DNA from: a bacterium | Lineage (GTDB): Bacteria > Verrucomicrobiota > Kiritimatiellia > SPBP01 | Reading direction: 5' to 3' | Length of the DNA: 64,000 nucleotides | Assembly (NCBI GenBank): GCA_037135275.1 | Contig: JBAXKQ010000001.1 | Coordinates: forward strand, 1,172-65,171 | In this document: piece by piece, positions 9,899-19,007 of the stretch | Numbering within the stretch: the stretch's first letter is position 1 | Layout of the letters: every line of letters starts with the position of its first letter | The notes under the pieces: generated by a model | Told to the model about the DNA's origin: nothing | The model's input: the letters and a program-made list of their open reading frames with translations, nothing else | Database searches by the model: none | Program-made: the position numbers and the translations under genes

Positions 9899-10262
9899 CG
9901 ACATCAACGTAATCCAGGACCATCCAGCCGGATTCGGCCTGCTCGGACTTCCGGTAGCACTGCGTTCCAAGCTCCTTCAGCCTAATCTGTACCTCGTCCG
10001 ACATTGCCCCGATATGGGGCGCGTTGTGGCCGGACACTATCACAAAGTAGTCCGTCACGTTTGAGTCGCCCCTCACGTCCACAATTACCGGATCGACCCC
10101 CTTCTTCTCTTCGAGGATCTTAACAATCTGCTTCGCCAGGGCATGGGCCGGCGACGGCGGCTCATTCTTGCGCGTGGACCGGACCCTCTGTTTGGGCGCC
10201 TTGGCAGAGACCTTCTTGGCCGGCTTCTTCTGCTTCCTGTTCTTCGCATCAATCTTCTTCAT
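9819..10262 (-). CDS. rsfS: ribosomal silencing factor RsfS (Iojap), with Lys-rich N-terminal extension
   Basis: Core VIVDVRGDSNVTDYFVIVSGHNAPHIGAMSDEV...WMVLDYVDVVTHILLVESRKYYAIEDLW matches RsfS. It lies immediately downstream of nadD, a conserved pair. Confidence 0.85.
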   Translation of the reverse strand: MKKIDAKNRKQKKPAKKVSAKAPKQRVRSTRKNEPPSPAHALAKQIVKILEEKKGVDPVIVDVRGDSNVTDYFVIVSGHNAPHIGAMSDEVQIRLKELGTQCYRKSEQAESGWMVLDYVDVVTHILLVESRKYYAIEDLWAAHPRQE

Positions 10263-10293
10263 CTGTGTCTGCCCTCTCCCATCTGTAGTCCAC

Positions 10294-10923
10294 CTATCCG
10301 CCATACAACCGGTGTTCGGTAATATACATCTCCACCGCCGGATGAACAAGGTAACGTATACTGAGCCCCTCTGCAATCCTGTGGCGAAGTTCCGAAGACG
10401 ATACTTCCATCCTGTGCCCGCGTGTCACACCCGCTAGAATCTTCTCCCGCCACGGCGGTTTGATCCGCAGGGCATCCTTGGCTTCCGCCGCTCCGGGGCT
10501 CGCCGGCCGTTCGAATATGCTGAACTCACACAGCCCGAGCAGATCATAGATATCCTTCCAGAGGTGCAGCTCAGGAAGACTGTCGGAGCCGGTTATGAAG
10601 TGGATCGTCGCGCCCGGACACTGGTTGCGGACCTCCCTCACTGTATCGATCGCATAGGACGAGCCGCCACGCTTGATCTCTATGTCCGACACGGCAAAGC
10701 GTTCGTCGCCATCGATCGCCGCCTCCAGCATCGCGAGCCTGTGCTGGGCCGGGACGAGGCCGCGACAGATCTTGTGCGGCGGACTGGCACAGGGAATGAA
10801 CAGGATACGTGTAAGCCCGAGCTGCTCGAAGGCGTCCTGCGCAAGGATCATGTGGCCGATGTGAAACGGGTTGAACGTGCCCCCAAGGAGACCGAGGCGT
10901 TCTGGCGATGAACCACTCATCAA
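10294..10923 (-). CDS. nadD: nicotinate-nucleotide adenylyltransferase
   Basis: GGTFNPFHIGH (HxGH nucleotidyltransferase motif) and SSTxIR-like SSSELRHRI motif are present. Confidence 0.9.
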   Translation of the reverse strand: MMSGSSPERLGLLGGTFNPFHIGHMILAQDAFEQLGLTRILFIPCASPPHKICRGLVPAQHRLAMLEAAIDGDERFAVSDIEIKRGGSSYAIDTVREVRNQCPGATIHFITGSDSLPELHLWKDIYDLLGLCEFSIFERPASPGAAEAKDALRIKPPWREKILAGVTRGHRMEVSSSELRHRIAEGLSIRYLVHPAVEMYITEHRLYGG

Positions 10924-10949
10924 TCGATACTACCTTTTCACGAAGCCGC

Positions 10950-11026
10950 TGGTACCCCGGGCGCGACTTGAACGCGCGACCCCAGGATTAGGAATCCTGT
11001 GCTCTGTCCAACTGAGCTACCGGGGC
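10950..11026 (-). tRNA. tRNA-Arg (anticodon CCT)
   Basis: Reverse complement folds as a cloverleaf: GCCCCGG acceptor, GCTC/GAGC D-stem, anticodon loop TTCCTAA, GGTTCAAGTC-type T-arm, and encoded CCA. Confidence 0.85.
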
Positions 11027-11390
11027 AACGTTGACTGTCCGGCATCTCTGCAGCCCGGAATAACGTTCGCTGTGCCTGCAATTAGTATTCAAAGCCGGAC
11101 CAAAGTCGAGACTTTTCGCTCGCAAGTGCAATCTTTCATCTCCCGCCGGGACCACCACACCCATGCGCTGGACCGGCTATCGCCGTTGCTTCCAGCCCAA
11201 AACCAGCCACGACCCTCGCTTTGCTATGCGGCCATTGCCCACCAATGCTGTGTTTTGCCTTGTATCGACTCTCGCTTCTGTCGTATATGGAGCGGCCATT
11301 GGGTGACAGGCATCGCCCCCGCACAGGCAATTGGAGCGATGACACACCCTGGCCTGCGGGACCTTCATCGGCCCCGCTATCCGCAGCATT

Positions 11391-11466
11391 GCCAGCTTAG
11401 CTCAGTTGGTAGAGCAGCTGATTTGTAATCAGCAGGTCTCCGGTTCGAGCCCGGAAGCTGGCTCCA
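11391..11466 (+). tRNA. tRNA-Thr (anticodon TGT)
   Basis: GCCAGCT acceptor, GCTCAGTTGGTAGAGC D-arm, anticodon loop TTTGTAA, GGTTCGAGCCCGG T-arm, and encoded CCA. Confidence 0.85.
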
Positions 11467-11677
11467 CTTTCGCCTTTTGAACCAACGGCGGCGCAGCCCC
11501 TCAACATCCCTCAGCCCAGGAGATGGGTGTCCCCATCAGGACCGTTTGATGACCCGTTGCCTTTCCTGATCCTTGTCAAAAGCGATAATGTATGCAACGC
11601 TTCCCCCCTGTTGATGCTGAGAGCATGTTACTCTGGAAGAATGAACGCGACCGGAAAGGCGGGAGAGAACGACCACA

Positions 11678-13276
11678 ATGAAGGCGACTCACCTAACGTC
11701 ACACTGGCAGCTCTTCCTGGACGATTCCCTGATTGAACGCGCGACCGGCTTCGACCAGCGGATACGCCAGCCGCGCAAGCACGGCATCCTGTTTCCCGAC
11801 CGCCAACCTTGGGAACACGGCATCGGCATGTTCCAGCCCGTCTACGATGACGGCCGGTTCCACGCCATCTACCGCGTCAACTGGCTGGATCCGGAAATCG
11901 AGGCCTTTCATGCCTCGCAGGGCTGGAAGGGGGACCCCGCGGACCTCGGCGCGGCCACCGAGTGGGCGTATGCGACCAGCTCGGACGGCATCCACTGGGA
12001 GCGGCCGGCCCTGCTATTGTGCGAGACACCCGTGTTCCGGGACGGCAAGATCAGCGGCAGGACCCGCGAGAACAACTGCGGCGTACCGTTCGACTTCATC
12101 CGCGACCTGGGGCGCGACGGCAACGTCACCGATCCAGCGCGACGGTTCTTGTTGCGGACGCGGACTGGCCAGGGAACACCCGCGGGCCGATCCCACCACG
12201 CGCAGGCCCGGAACCCCGGCGGGCTCTACTTTGCCGCGGAGTTTCCGGACTTCGTCCATGATCCCGACTGGCAGCGGAAGCTGATGCCGATAAACGGCCG
12301 GATGTCTCCGCGCGGCTTCGGCAACTTCACCGGCTGGGACGATCTCAACGGGGAATGGATCGCGTTCATGCAGGGCACGGCGCCCCGGTGGTTTCCCGCG
12401 CGCGACATCGCCAGGCATTGGTCGAAGGATTTCAAGACGTGGGAGTCGCGAGGCGTGCTGTATCCCGACGCCCTCGATCCGCACACCCTGGAGCACTACG
12501 ACGAGTTCATGGAGATCCAGGTGATCCGCAAGGGCGACCTCTGGCTCGGCTTCATGGCAGTGTTCCACTCCGACCGCACCAGCCCGGACTACATGCCGCC
12601 GTTCATCGAGAAAGAGAACTTCCGTTTCGCCTACGACTTGCCGAACTACTGCACACGGAAAGGCACGACCGACCTCCGACTGGTCACCAGCCGCGACGGC
12701 GGGCACACCTGGAACCGCGTCGCCAACCGACAGGCCTGGCTCCCGCACGGCGCGAATGATGACGACTTCGACCGGTGCGCCTACACGGGCACCCCGATCA
12801 CAGTCGGTGAGACGGACCATTTCTACTACATGGCCAAGAACGGCGACCATCTGGAGAGCCTGCATGACCGGACGCCCTACTACAAGGACCGGACCACGGG
12901 GTGGAACGCGGCACTGGCCTCCTACCCGCGCGACCGCTACGTGAGCATATCCACGGGCACGTATCCGGCCATCCTCTACACCCGTCCCATGCTCCTGCCG
13001 CCCGGAGGCCTGCGGCTCAACGCCGATGCCTCGCACGGCGAGATCCGCGTTGAGATCGCCGCCGCACCCGCCGGGGGCATCGACGACATCCACTCCGCAC
13101 CCGTGGAGGAGGGTTTCTCGTTCCATGACTGCACGCCGGTCCAGGGCAACGGGGTGGAACAGCCAGTGCGGTGGCGGCGCCGGCCGGACACCGCCGCCTT
13201 GCAGGGCCATCCCGTGCGCTTGCGGTTCTACGTGAGAAATGCGGATCTGTACGGCTTCCGAATCGAAGCCTCCTGA
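11678..13276 (+). CDS. BNR/Asp-box repeat β-propeller protein, glycoside hydrolase-like, cytoplasmic (no signal peptide)
   Basis: Asp-box motifs SSDGIHWERP and SRDGGHTWNRV. It is Trp-rich with a C-terminal β-sandwich ending VRLRFYVRNADLYGFRI. It is a paralogue of the next gene. Confidence 0.55.
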   Translation: MKATHLTSHWQLFLDDSLIERATGFDQRIRQPRKHGILFPDRQPWEHGIGMFQPVYDDGRFHAIYRVNWLDPEIEAFHASQGWKGDPADLGAATEWAYATSSDGIHWERPALLLCETPVFRDGKISGRTRENNCGVPFDFIRDLGRDGNVTDPARRFLLRTRTGQGTPAGRSHHAQARNPGGLYFAAEFPDFVHDPDWQRKLMPINGRMSPRGFGNFTGWDDLNGEWIAFMQGTAPRWFPARDIARHWSKDFKTWESRGVLYPDALDPHTLEHYDEFMEIQVIRKGDLWLGFMAVFHSDRTSPDYMPPFIEKENFRFAYDLPNYCTRKGTTDLRLVTSRDGGHTWNRVANRQAWLPHGANDDDFDRCAYTGTPITVGETDHFYYMAKNGDHLESLHDRTPYYKDRTTGWNAALASYPRDRYVSISTGTYPAILYTRPMLLPPGGLRLNADASHGEIRVEIAAAPAGGIDDIHSAPVEEGFSFHDCTPVQGNGVEQPVRWRRRPDTAALQGHPVRLRFYVRNADLYGFRIEAS

Positions 13277-13507
13277 GGCTGGACACTTCGGAAAGGAAAT
13301 CACATATACCACTGACTGACGCGGAAATGCTGCAACTCAAGCGCTGGAACACGCCCACGATCTACAATGGCTGGGAGCAGATCACCTCCGGAACACCGCG
13401 CAACCGGGTCGATGGCGGCGCAAGCGCAGGCAATTGTGCGGCGGGAAGACCTCTGTCGGCATAGACGTGGAGCGAACCCTTCGCGGTGTCACAAACTGGA
13501 GCATCGA

Positions 13508-14944
13508 ATGAACAACACTCGCCTGTTGATTGAGCCGGGATTGATTGAGGAGATGAAGTTGCTCGAGCCGGTCGTGGGCACGGTGGCCAAGGCCGCAGAG
13601 AATCCGCTGCTGCGGGAGGACGTTCCCTGGGAGCCACGCTGGGACGACATGAAACCGAGCGTGTGGCATGACCCCGCAACCGGCCGCACGCATCTCTGGT
13701 ACACCCCCTTTATCCACGACTCGCTCACATCCGACGTCGGCAGCGAGCCCTGGAACGTGCCTGCCTGGCCGCCCGCGCGGGAGTATCATGTGATCACGCC
13801 GGGGCAATACCGGGAGTTCGCCTTGTGCTACGCGTATTCCGACGACGGCATTCACTGGACCCGGCCATGCCTGAACCGTGTCGAGTACATGGGCAGCAGC
13901 CGGAACAACATCCTGCTGCGCGATCCGGACCGCCATCCGACCTCGTGGATGCGCGGCGTGATCGGCTGCGGCATCCGGCATGACGACCGCGAAACCGATC
14001 CGGCCCGCCGTTTCAAGATGATCGGCGCCGCCCCGCACGGCGGGGGCGAGATGGGGGTTGCCGTCAGCTACTCCGCCGATGGGCTTTCCTGGGAGCTTCC
14101 GCACCGGGTCCTGCCGCCGGAAGCCTGGAACGATGGCAGAATCGGCTGGGGCGACACGCTTAACGCATGGCTTCATGCCCCGGACCTGGGCCGCTACGTC
14201 GCCTTCACGCAATCATGGAGCTCCGGCGAAGGGCGCCGCCGTCTCAAGCTCCGCATGGAGAGCGAGGACTTCGAGCACTGGACGAATCCGGAAGTGACCA
14301 CCTACAGCCCCGACGTAGAAGTTCACACGCATGTGCCGTTCCGCTACGGGAACCTGTACCTGGCTCTCCTGCACACTGTGACGACACCGGACGGCTGGGG
14401 CGATGGGACGGTGGACGTGGAACTCGGTGTGAGCACAGACACAAGAACCTGGACCCGGTTTGCACCCGGGCGCTGCCTGATTCCTCGCGGCGCCCCCGGG
14501 TCAATGGACAGCGGTTGCATCTTCAGCGCCCTGGCACCGGTGGTCGTAGGTGATGAGATCCGCCTGTACTATTGCGGAAACGACGGCACCATCCGCGGCT
14601 GGCGCCGGGGCTTCTGGTGCCTGGCAACCCTGCCCCGCGACCGTTGGGGCGGCTACACCCGCCTGCCGCTCGATCCCGCTGGCGAATTGGTCACCCGGCC
14701 GGTCGTGTATCCCGGCGGGGAGCTGCACGTGAACGTCGACGCCGCATGCGGCTCACTCACCGTCGAGGCACTCGGCACGGATGGCGGCGTGCTCGCCACC
14801 AGCGCCAGCCTGACCGGCAACCACTTCGCGCAGCCGATTCGCTGGGAAACCGGCGGCCTGGCCGGGCGGACCGGGCAGCCGATACGCTTACGATTCCGGC
14901 TGCGCGGCGCCACACTGTATGCCTTTTCTTGTGGCACAGAGTGA
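13508..14944 (+). CDS. BNR/Asp-box repeat β-propeller protein, paralogue of the preceding gene
   Basis: Asp-box motifs YSDDGIHWTRP, YSADGLSWELP and VSTDTRTWTRF. The C-terminus IRLRFRLRGATLYAFS parallels the upstream paralogue. The start is set at the internal ATG (MNNTRLL) after the Arg-rich ORF extension. Confidence 0.55.
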   Translation: MNNTRLLIEPGLIEEMKLLEPVVGTVAKAAENPLLREDVPWEPRWDDMKPSVWHDPATGRTHLWYTPFIHDSLTSDVGSEPWNVPAWPPAREYHVITPGQYREFALCYAYSDDGIHWTRPCLNRVEYMGSSRNNILLRDPDRHPTSWMRGVIGCGIRHDDRETDPARRFKMIGAAPHGGGEMGVAVSYSADGLSWELPHRVLPPEAWNDGRIGWGDTLNAWLHAPDLGRYVAFTQSWSSGEGRRRLKLRMESEDFEHWTNPEVTTYSPDVEVHTHVPFRYGNLYLALLHTVTTPDGWGDGTVDVELGVSTDTRTWTRFAPGRCLIPRGAPGSMDSGCIFSALAPVVVGDEIRLYYCGNDGTIRGWRRGFWCLATLPRDRWGGYTRLPLDPAGELVTRPVVYPGGELHVNVDAACGSLTVEALGTDGGVLATSASLTGNHFAQPIRWETGGLAGRTGQPIRLRFRLRGATLYAFSCGTE

Positions 14945-14970
14945 CGTGAATTGTGGCCCGACAGCCTCAT

Positions 14971-15001
14971 GTGACAGCAACGGCATGTAGCTGCGAGCGG
15001 C
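14971..15001. repeat. 31-bp intergenic repeat, copy 1 (GTGACAGCAACGGCATGTAGCTGCGAGCGGC)
   Basis: 26/31 identical to 43135–43165. Both copies sit 27–30 bp downstream of a plus-strand stop codon. Confidence 0.4.
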
Positions 15002-15426
15002 AGCAGATGGCAGGCCGCTGGCTGGCGGCTGCCGTGCTGGGGCGGCTCGATGCAGTTGACGGTGAAGTTGACGCTGAGGCCAGGAGCGATTGAGTTCGCG
15101 AGGCAGTTGGCGATGGATGCGTAGCCACTGGAAGGTCACGTGCACAGCCAAGGATCCGCAGGAGCCTGGCTGTCCTCATCCCGGCCACCCAGCCCACTCC
15201 GTCCACCCAGTCCACTTCCACACCATCCACCGCTTCGCCCGCCCCACATGCTGCGACAGGTCAGATTGTTGCAGAAATGCTGGCCGATAGGAGGTATGTC
15301 CCCGCGGGGGGGCAGTGCGGCGGGCGGGGCGCCTCCGGGGCACAACAAGGGAATTGCCACGGCCACCCGTCCGTGTTATCGGTGAGACCCATGGCACGTA
15401 TACCGTGCCGCGGCCTGGGACATCGC

Positions 15427-16764
15427 ATGACCAAGATGAAGATCCTATCGATACCGTTGGTGGCGCTGATGATGCTCTCTGGCGCGCTTTTCATTCCTGC
15501 GCGCGCCTGGTGCGCCGCCCCGGGCCGTGGTCCGATCACCGCCAACGACGACATGGGTGCTGCTATCCCTGCGCTTGATCCGGTTGTGATCGCCTATTTC
15601 TACCAGCCTGGGTGCAGGGAATGCCTGATCGTGTCAAATGAGGTCCTGCCGGAACTCGAGGCGCGATGCGAGGGCTTCTATCAGCTCAGGTACTTCGACA
15701 CCGGCGTCAAGTCGAACTACCTTCTCCTGGCGGCATACCAGGTCCAGCTCGACGTGAAGGGGGATGAAGCCGTCTGTATGATCGTCAATGGACGGATCGC
15801 ACTGAATGGCTTGAAGGCCATCAAAACCCGGCTGATCACCACGATCGAGGAATGCGTCCAGCAACAACTCGCCGGCCCGCCGGTACACAAGTTGCCGATT
15901 GTCACCCCGCCGGCAGGAGCAGGAAGCCCGGCGCTTCTGGCGGATCGAATGAGGACATTCACCCTTCCGGCCGTACTGGGCAGCGGCTTGATCGATGGCC
16001 TGAATCCATGCGCCATTTCGACCCTGGTGTTCTTTATGAGCCTGCTGGCGGTAGCTAGGGTCCGGGCACGTGGGCTGCTCATAATGGGGTTGGCTTTCGG
16101 CACCGGGACATTCCTCACCTACACAGCACTCGGGTTCGGTCTCCTGCGGACGCTGCGCTTTCTCACCGGCTTCGAGTGGCTGCGCCTCGCCGTGGAAGCG
16201 GGCATGGTGTCGGCGCTCGTGATACTGGCATGCCTGTCGTTCAGGGACGCGTACCGCTTCAAGAGGAGCGGCAATCCGTCCGATGTACTCCTCCGAATTC
16301 CGGACGGCATGAGGACCAGCATGCACCGGGTAATGCGCCTCGGGCTGGCTGGCCCGGGGCTGGCGATTGGCGGATTCCTGGCTGGCTCGGCCGTGACTGC
16401 CCTGGAGAGCGTATGCACCGGTCAGCTCTATATCCCGACGCTGACTCTCATCATTGAGGACAGCGGCACCAGCCCGGAGCTCACTGCCAGGGCGTGGGTG
16501 TACCTGCTGCTCTACAACATCATGTTCATCGTGCCGCTCGCGGCCGTCTTCGTGGCAACGTACCTCGGCCTTGGCACCGGTTCGCTACTGCGGTGGAGTA
16601 AGCGCAATGTGGTTACGGCCAAGATCATGCTCGGGATGCTATTTGTGGTGCTCGCCATTCTGCTGACCCTGCTGTATGCAGGCGGCAGGACAGTTGTGCG
16701 GGACGCCCGGCCGAAGGCCGATGCGAACGACTCATCAGTGCCGGGGGTACGTCACCTGCCATAG
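15427..16764 (+). CDS. thiol:disulfide interchange protein, DsbD/CcdA family, with N-terminal periplasmic thioredoxin-like domain
   Basis: It has a signal peptide, a thioredoxin-like CxxC (YQPGCRECL), and a membrane core with GLNPCAISTLVFFMSL plus a second Cys at ESVCTGQLYIP (CcdA/DsbD β-domain motifs). Confidence 0.7.
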   Translation: MTKMKILSIPLVALMMLSGALFIPARAWCAAPGRGPITANDDMGAAIPALDPVVIAYFYQPGCRECLIVSNEVLPELEARCEGFYQLRYFDTGVKSNYLLLAAYQVQLDVKGDEAVCMIVNGRIALNGLKAIKTRLITTIEECVQQQLAGPPVHKLPIVTPPAGAGSPALLADRMRTFTLPAVLGSGLIDGLNPCAISTLVFFMSLLAVARVRARGLLIMGLAFGTGTFLTYTALGFGLLRTLRFLTGFEWLRLAVEAGMVSALVILACLSFRDAYRFKRSGNPSDVLLRIPDGMRTSMHRVMRLGLAGPGLAIGGFLAGSAVTALESVCTGQLYIPTLTLIIEDSGTSPELTARAWVYLLLYNIMFIVPLAAVFVATYLGLGTGSLLRWSKRNVVTAKIMLGMLFVVLAILLTLLYAGGRTVVRDARPKADANDSSVPGVRHLP

Positions 16765-17484
16765 GAAGAGCCCCTGTGGCGGTGCGGTAGGAACCCTGGC
16801 AGTCCGTTCCCGGGAGTGCAGAATGACTCTTGCGCCTTCAGGCGGAACAGCGCCCTCGCCTACCCGGATCAGGAAGCCCGCGAGACTCCTCACCATCTTG
16901 TACAGAAAGCCGTCGGCTGTCGCCGAAATGACAATCTCCGAACCCCGCCGCGTGACCGAAAGCCGGCTCAGGTGACGCACCGTGGTTTCGACAAAGCGAT
17001 TGGGATTGGCCGTGAACGCGGCGAAGTCGTGCTTACCCTCGAGGAGCCTCGCGGCCCTGGCCATGGCCGCAACGTCGAGAGGATCCCTGATCTGTGTCCT
17101 GTAGAGCCGCAGGAACGGGGGCACCACCGGCCCGTTCCAGATGAAGTAGCGGTATTCCTTCCTGATCGCACTGCGCCTGGCGTCGAAATCGCTCCTCACG
17201 CGCCTGACCTGATCAACCCTGATATCGGGCGGCAACACCGCATTGAGCCCCTTGCGGAGGGCGGTCACAACGTCGCCGTCCCTTTCAAGGTCCACGTGCA
17301 CGACCTGCCTGCGGGCGTGTACGCCCTGGTCGGTACGGCCGCTGCCGTGGGCTATGACCTTCTCGGTGGTAACTCGGAAGATGGCATCCTGAAGCGTTGC
17401 CTGCACAGTGGAATGGCCCGGCTGAATCTGCCAGCCGGCGTACGCCGAACCGTCGTATCCCAGAACTATCTTGTATCGGGTCAC
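16735..17484 (-). CDS. truA: tRNA pseudouridine(38–40) synthase
   Basis: YDGSAYAGWQIQP and GRTDQGVHARRQV catalytic-Asp motifs. Confidence 0.9.
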   Translation of the reverse strand: MTRYKIVLGYDGSAYAGWQIQPGHSTVQATLQDAIFRVTTEKVIAHGSGRTDQGVHARRQVVHVDLERDGDVVTALRKGLNAVLPPDIRVDQVRRVRSDFDARRSAIRKEYRYFIWNGPVVPPFLRLYRTQIRDPLDVAAMARAARLLEGKHDFAAFTANPNRFVETTVRHLSRLSVTRRGSEIVISATADGFLYKMVRSLAGFLIRVGEGAVPPEGARVILHSRERTARVPTAPPQGLFLWQVTYPRH

Positions 17485-17492
17485 CCGGGCCC

Positions 17493-17921
17493 TCAGGCAG
17501 GATTGGCGTTGTTGGTACGATCGAGGTATCCCTGCAGAATCACCTGGGCGGCGAGCTGGTCGCGCACATTCTTGCGCTTCTCCCTCCTGGTGTCGGCCTG
17601 CACCAGCATCCGCTCGACCATGGCCGTGCTCAGCCGCTCATCCCACATCTCGACACGCAAACCTGTTGCAGCGCGCAGGGTATCCGCAAACTCGGTCACA
17701 CCCTTGACGGCGAAGCCGGACGTGCCATCCATGTTCAACGGCAGGCCAAGGACAATCCACGCGACCTGCTTCTCGACGCATGTCGCCTTGATGGCAAGGA
17801 CAGCCTTTTCAGGGTTGCCGACTACAACAGTGCCGAGGGGCATGGCTATGATGCCAGTCTCGTCGCTCAGGGCGAGGCCGATCCGGCGTGTACCGTAGTC
17901 TATTCCAAGCAGGCGCGGCAT
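17493..17921 (-). CDS. ruvX: Holliday-junction resolvase-like nuclease YqgF/RuvX
   Basis: LLGIDYGTRRIGLALSD RNase H-like motif, 142 aa. Confidence 0.9.
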   Translation of the reverse strand: MPRLLGIDYGTRRIGLALSDETGIIAMPLGTVVVGNPEKAVLAIKATCVEKQVAWIVLGLPLNMDGTSGFAVKGVTEFADTLRAATGLRVEMWDERLSTAMVERMLVQADTRREKRKNVRDQLAAQVILQGYLDRTNNANPA

Positions 17922-17924
17922 TGT

Positions 17925-19007
17925 CTAGAGCAACTCCCGGTAGGTGTCTGCCTCACGCAGCAGTTTCACAAGCTTCTTGACGTCCTCCGCCCTGTCCTTG
18001 CGGCAGACCAGCGTCGCGCCGGGCGCCTGGACAACGATGAGGTCACTCACCCCGATCAGGCCGGTAAGCCTGTCGCCCGCCACAACGATATTCCCGCCAC
18101 TGTCGACACATTCGCCGCAGCCGATCCTGATGTTCCCGTCCTTGTCCTGCTTGAAGTGGTGCTCAAGCGAAGCCCAGGTCCCGACATCGTCCCAGGCGAA
18201 ATCGCACCTGGCGACCAGTATGTTCCCGGCCTTCTCCATCACCGCGTAATCGATCGATATCTTTTGCAGCCTGCCGTACTCCCTTGCAAGCGCCCCCTGA
18301 AACTTGCCGGTACCGGCCAGCGGTTCAAGCCTGCGCGCCATCTCGAACAACCCAGGGGTATAATGCTTCAGGGCATTCTGGATCGCATCAACGGTCCATA
18401 CAAACATGCCCGAGTTCCAGAAATACCTGCCCGTCGCCAGATACTTCCGCGCGGTCTTCAGGTCCGGCTTCTCGACAAACCGCACAGTGCGGAACAGCTT
18501 CAGGCTGCCGCCGGTGGCAACCTGCCTGCCGGCCTCTATGTAACCATACCCGGTGGCAGGCCTGTCAGGCGCGACGCCAATAGTGACCAGCACCTCATCA
18601 CGCGCGGCAGCATCCATGCAGTACTTGAGCGTCTTCCGGAACTTGGAAGCCGGGCTGATGAGTTGATCCGCCGTCAGCACGGCAAAGACGCCATCCGGTG
18701 AGCGGCTGCGGACAAGGGCCGACGCCAGTGCAATTGCCGCCGCAGTGTCCCGCCCTACCGGCTCACCCACGATATTTCCAGCCGGAATCGACCTGAGGCA
18801 CTTGCGGATGCCCGGCACAAGATCCGCCGTTGTGATGACAAGTGTATTCTCGGGCTTGATCAGTCCGCGAAGCCGCTCGGCAGCCATCGCTATGAGCGCT
18901 TTGCCGCCGACAAGAGACAGCATCTGTTTGGGCCTGGCTGTTGTGCTGAGCGGCCAGAACCTCTCACCGCGGCCACCCGCCATTATCACGGCAAACGCGT
19001 TCTTCAT
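17925..19007 (-). CDS. mannose-1-phosphate guanylyltransferase family (sugar-phosphate nucleotidyltransferase)
   Basis: AVIMAGGRGERFWPLS NTP-transferase P-loop. It is 360 aa with no PMI domain. Confidence 0.75.
   Translation of the reverse strand: MKNAFAVIMAGGRGERFWPLSTTARPKQMLSLVGGKALIAMAAERLRGLIKPENTLVITTADLVPGIRKCLRSIPAGNIVGEPVGRDTAAAIALASALVRSRSPDGVFAVLTADQLISPASKFRKTLKYCMDAAARDEVLVTIGVAPDRPATGYGYIEAGRQVATGGSLKLFRTVRFVEKPDLKTARKYLATGRYFWNSGMFVWTVDAIQNALKHYTPGLFEMARRLEPLAGTGKFQGALAREYGRLQKISIDYAVMEKAGNILVARCDFAWDDVGTWASLEHHFKQDKDGNIRIGCGECVDSGGNIVVAGDRLTGLIGVSDLIVVQAPGATLVCRKDRAEDVKKLVKLLREADTYRELL

Noticed and set aside
10871-11428. 185-aa plus-strand ORF spanning both tRNA genes
   Set aside because: It overlaps two structurally validated tRNAs. 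The translation is Pro/Arg/Ser-rich with no homology.
12014-13312. 432-aa minus-strand ORF antisense to the first BNR gene
   Set aside because: It is Arg/Gly/Pro/Ala-rich with no domain signature, and it overlaps a well-supported sense gene. This is the typical high-GC antisense-ORF artefact.
13382-14212. 276-aa minus-strand ORF antisense to the second BNR gene
   Set aside because: Same reasoning as above: no motifs, biased composition.
16816-18701. Plus-strand ORFs 16816–17898 (360 aa) and 17397–18701 (434 aa) antisense to truA, ruvX and manC
   Set aside because: The sense-strand genes have clear catalytic motifs. The antisense translations are low-complexity (Arg/Pro/Gly).
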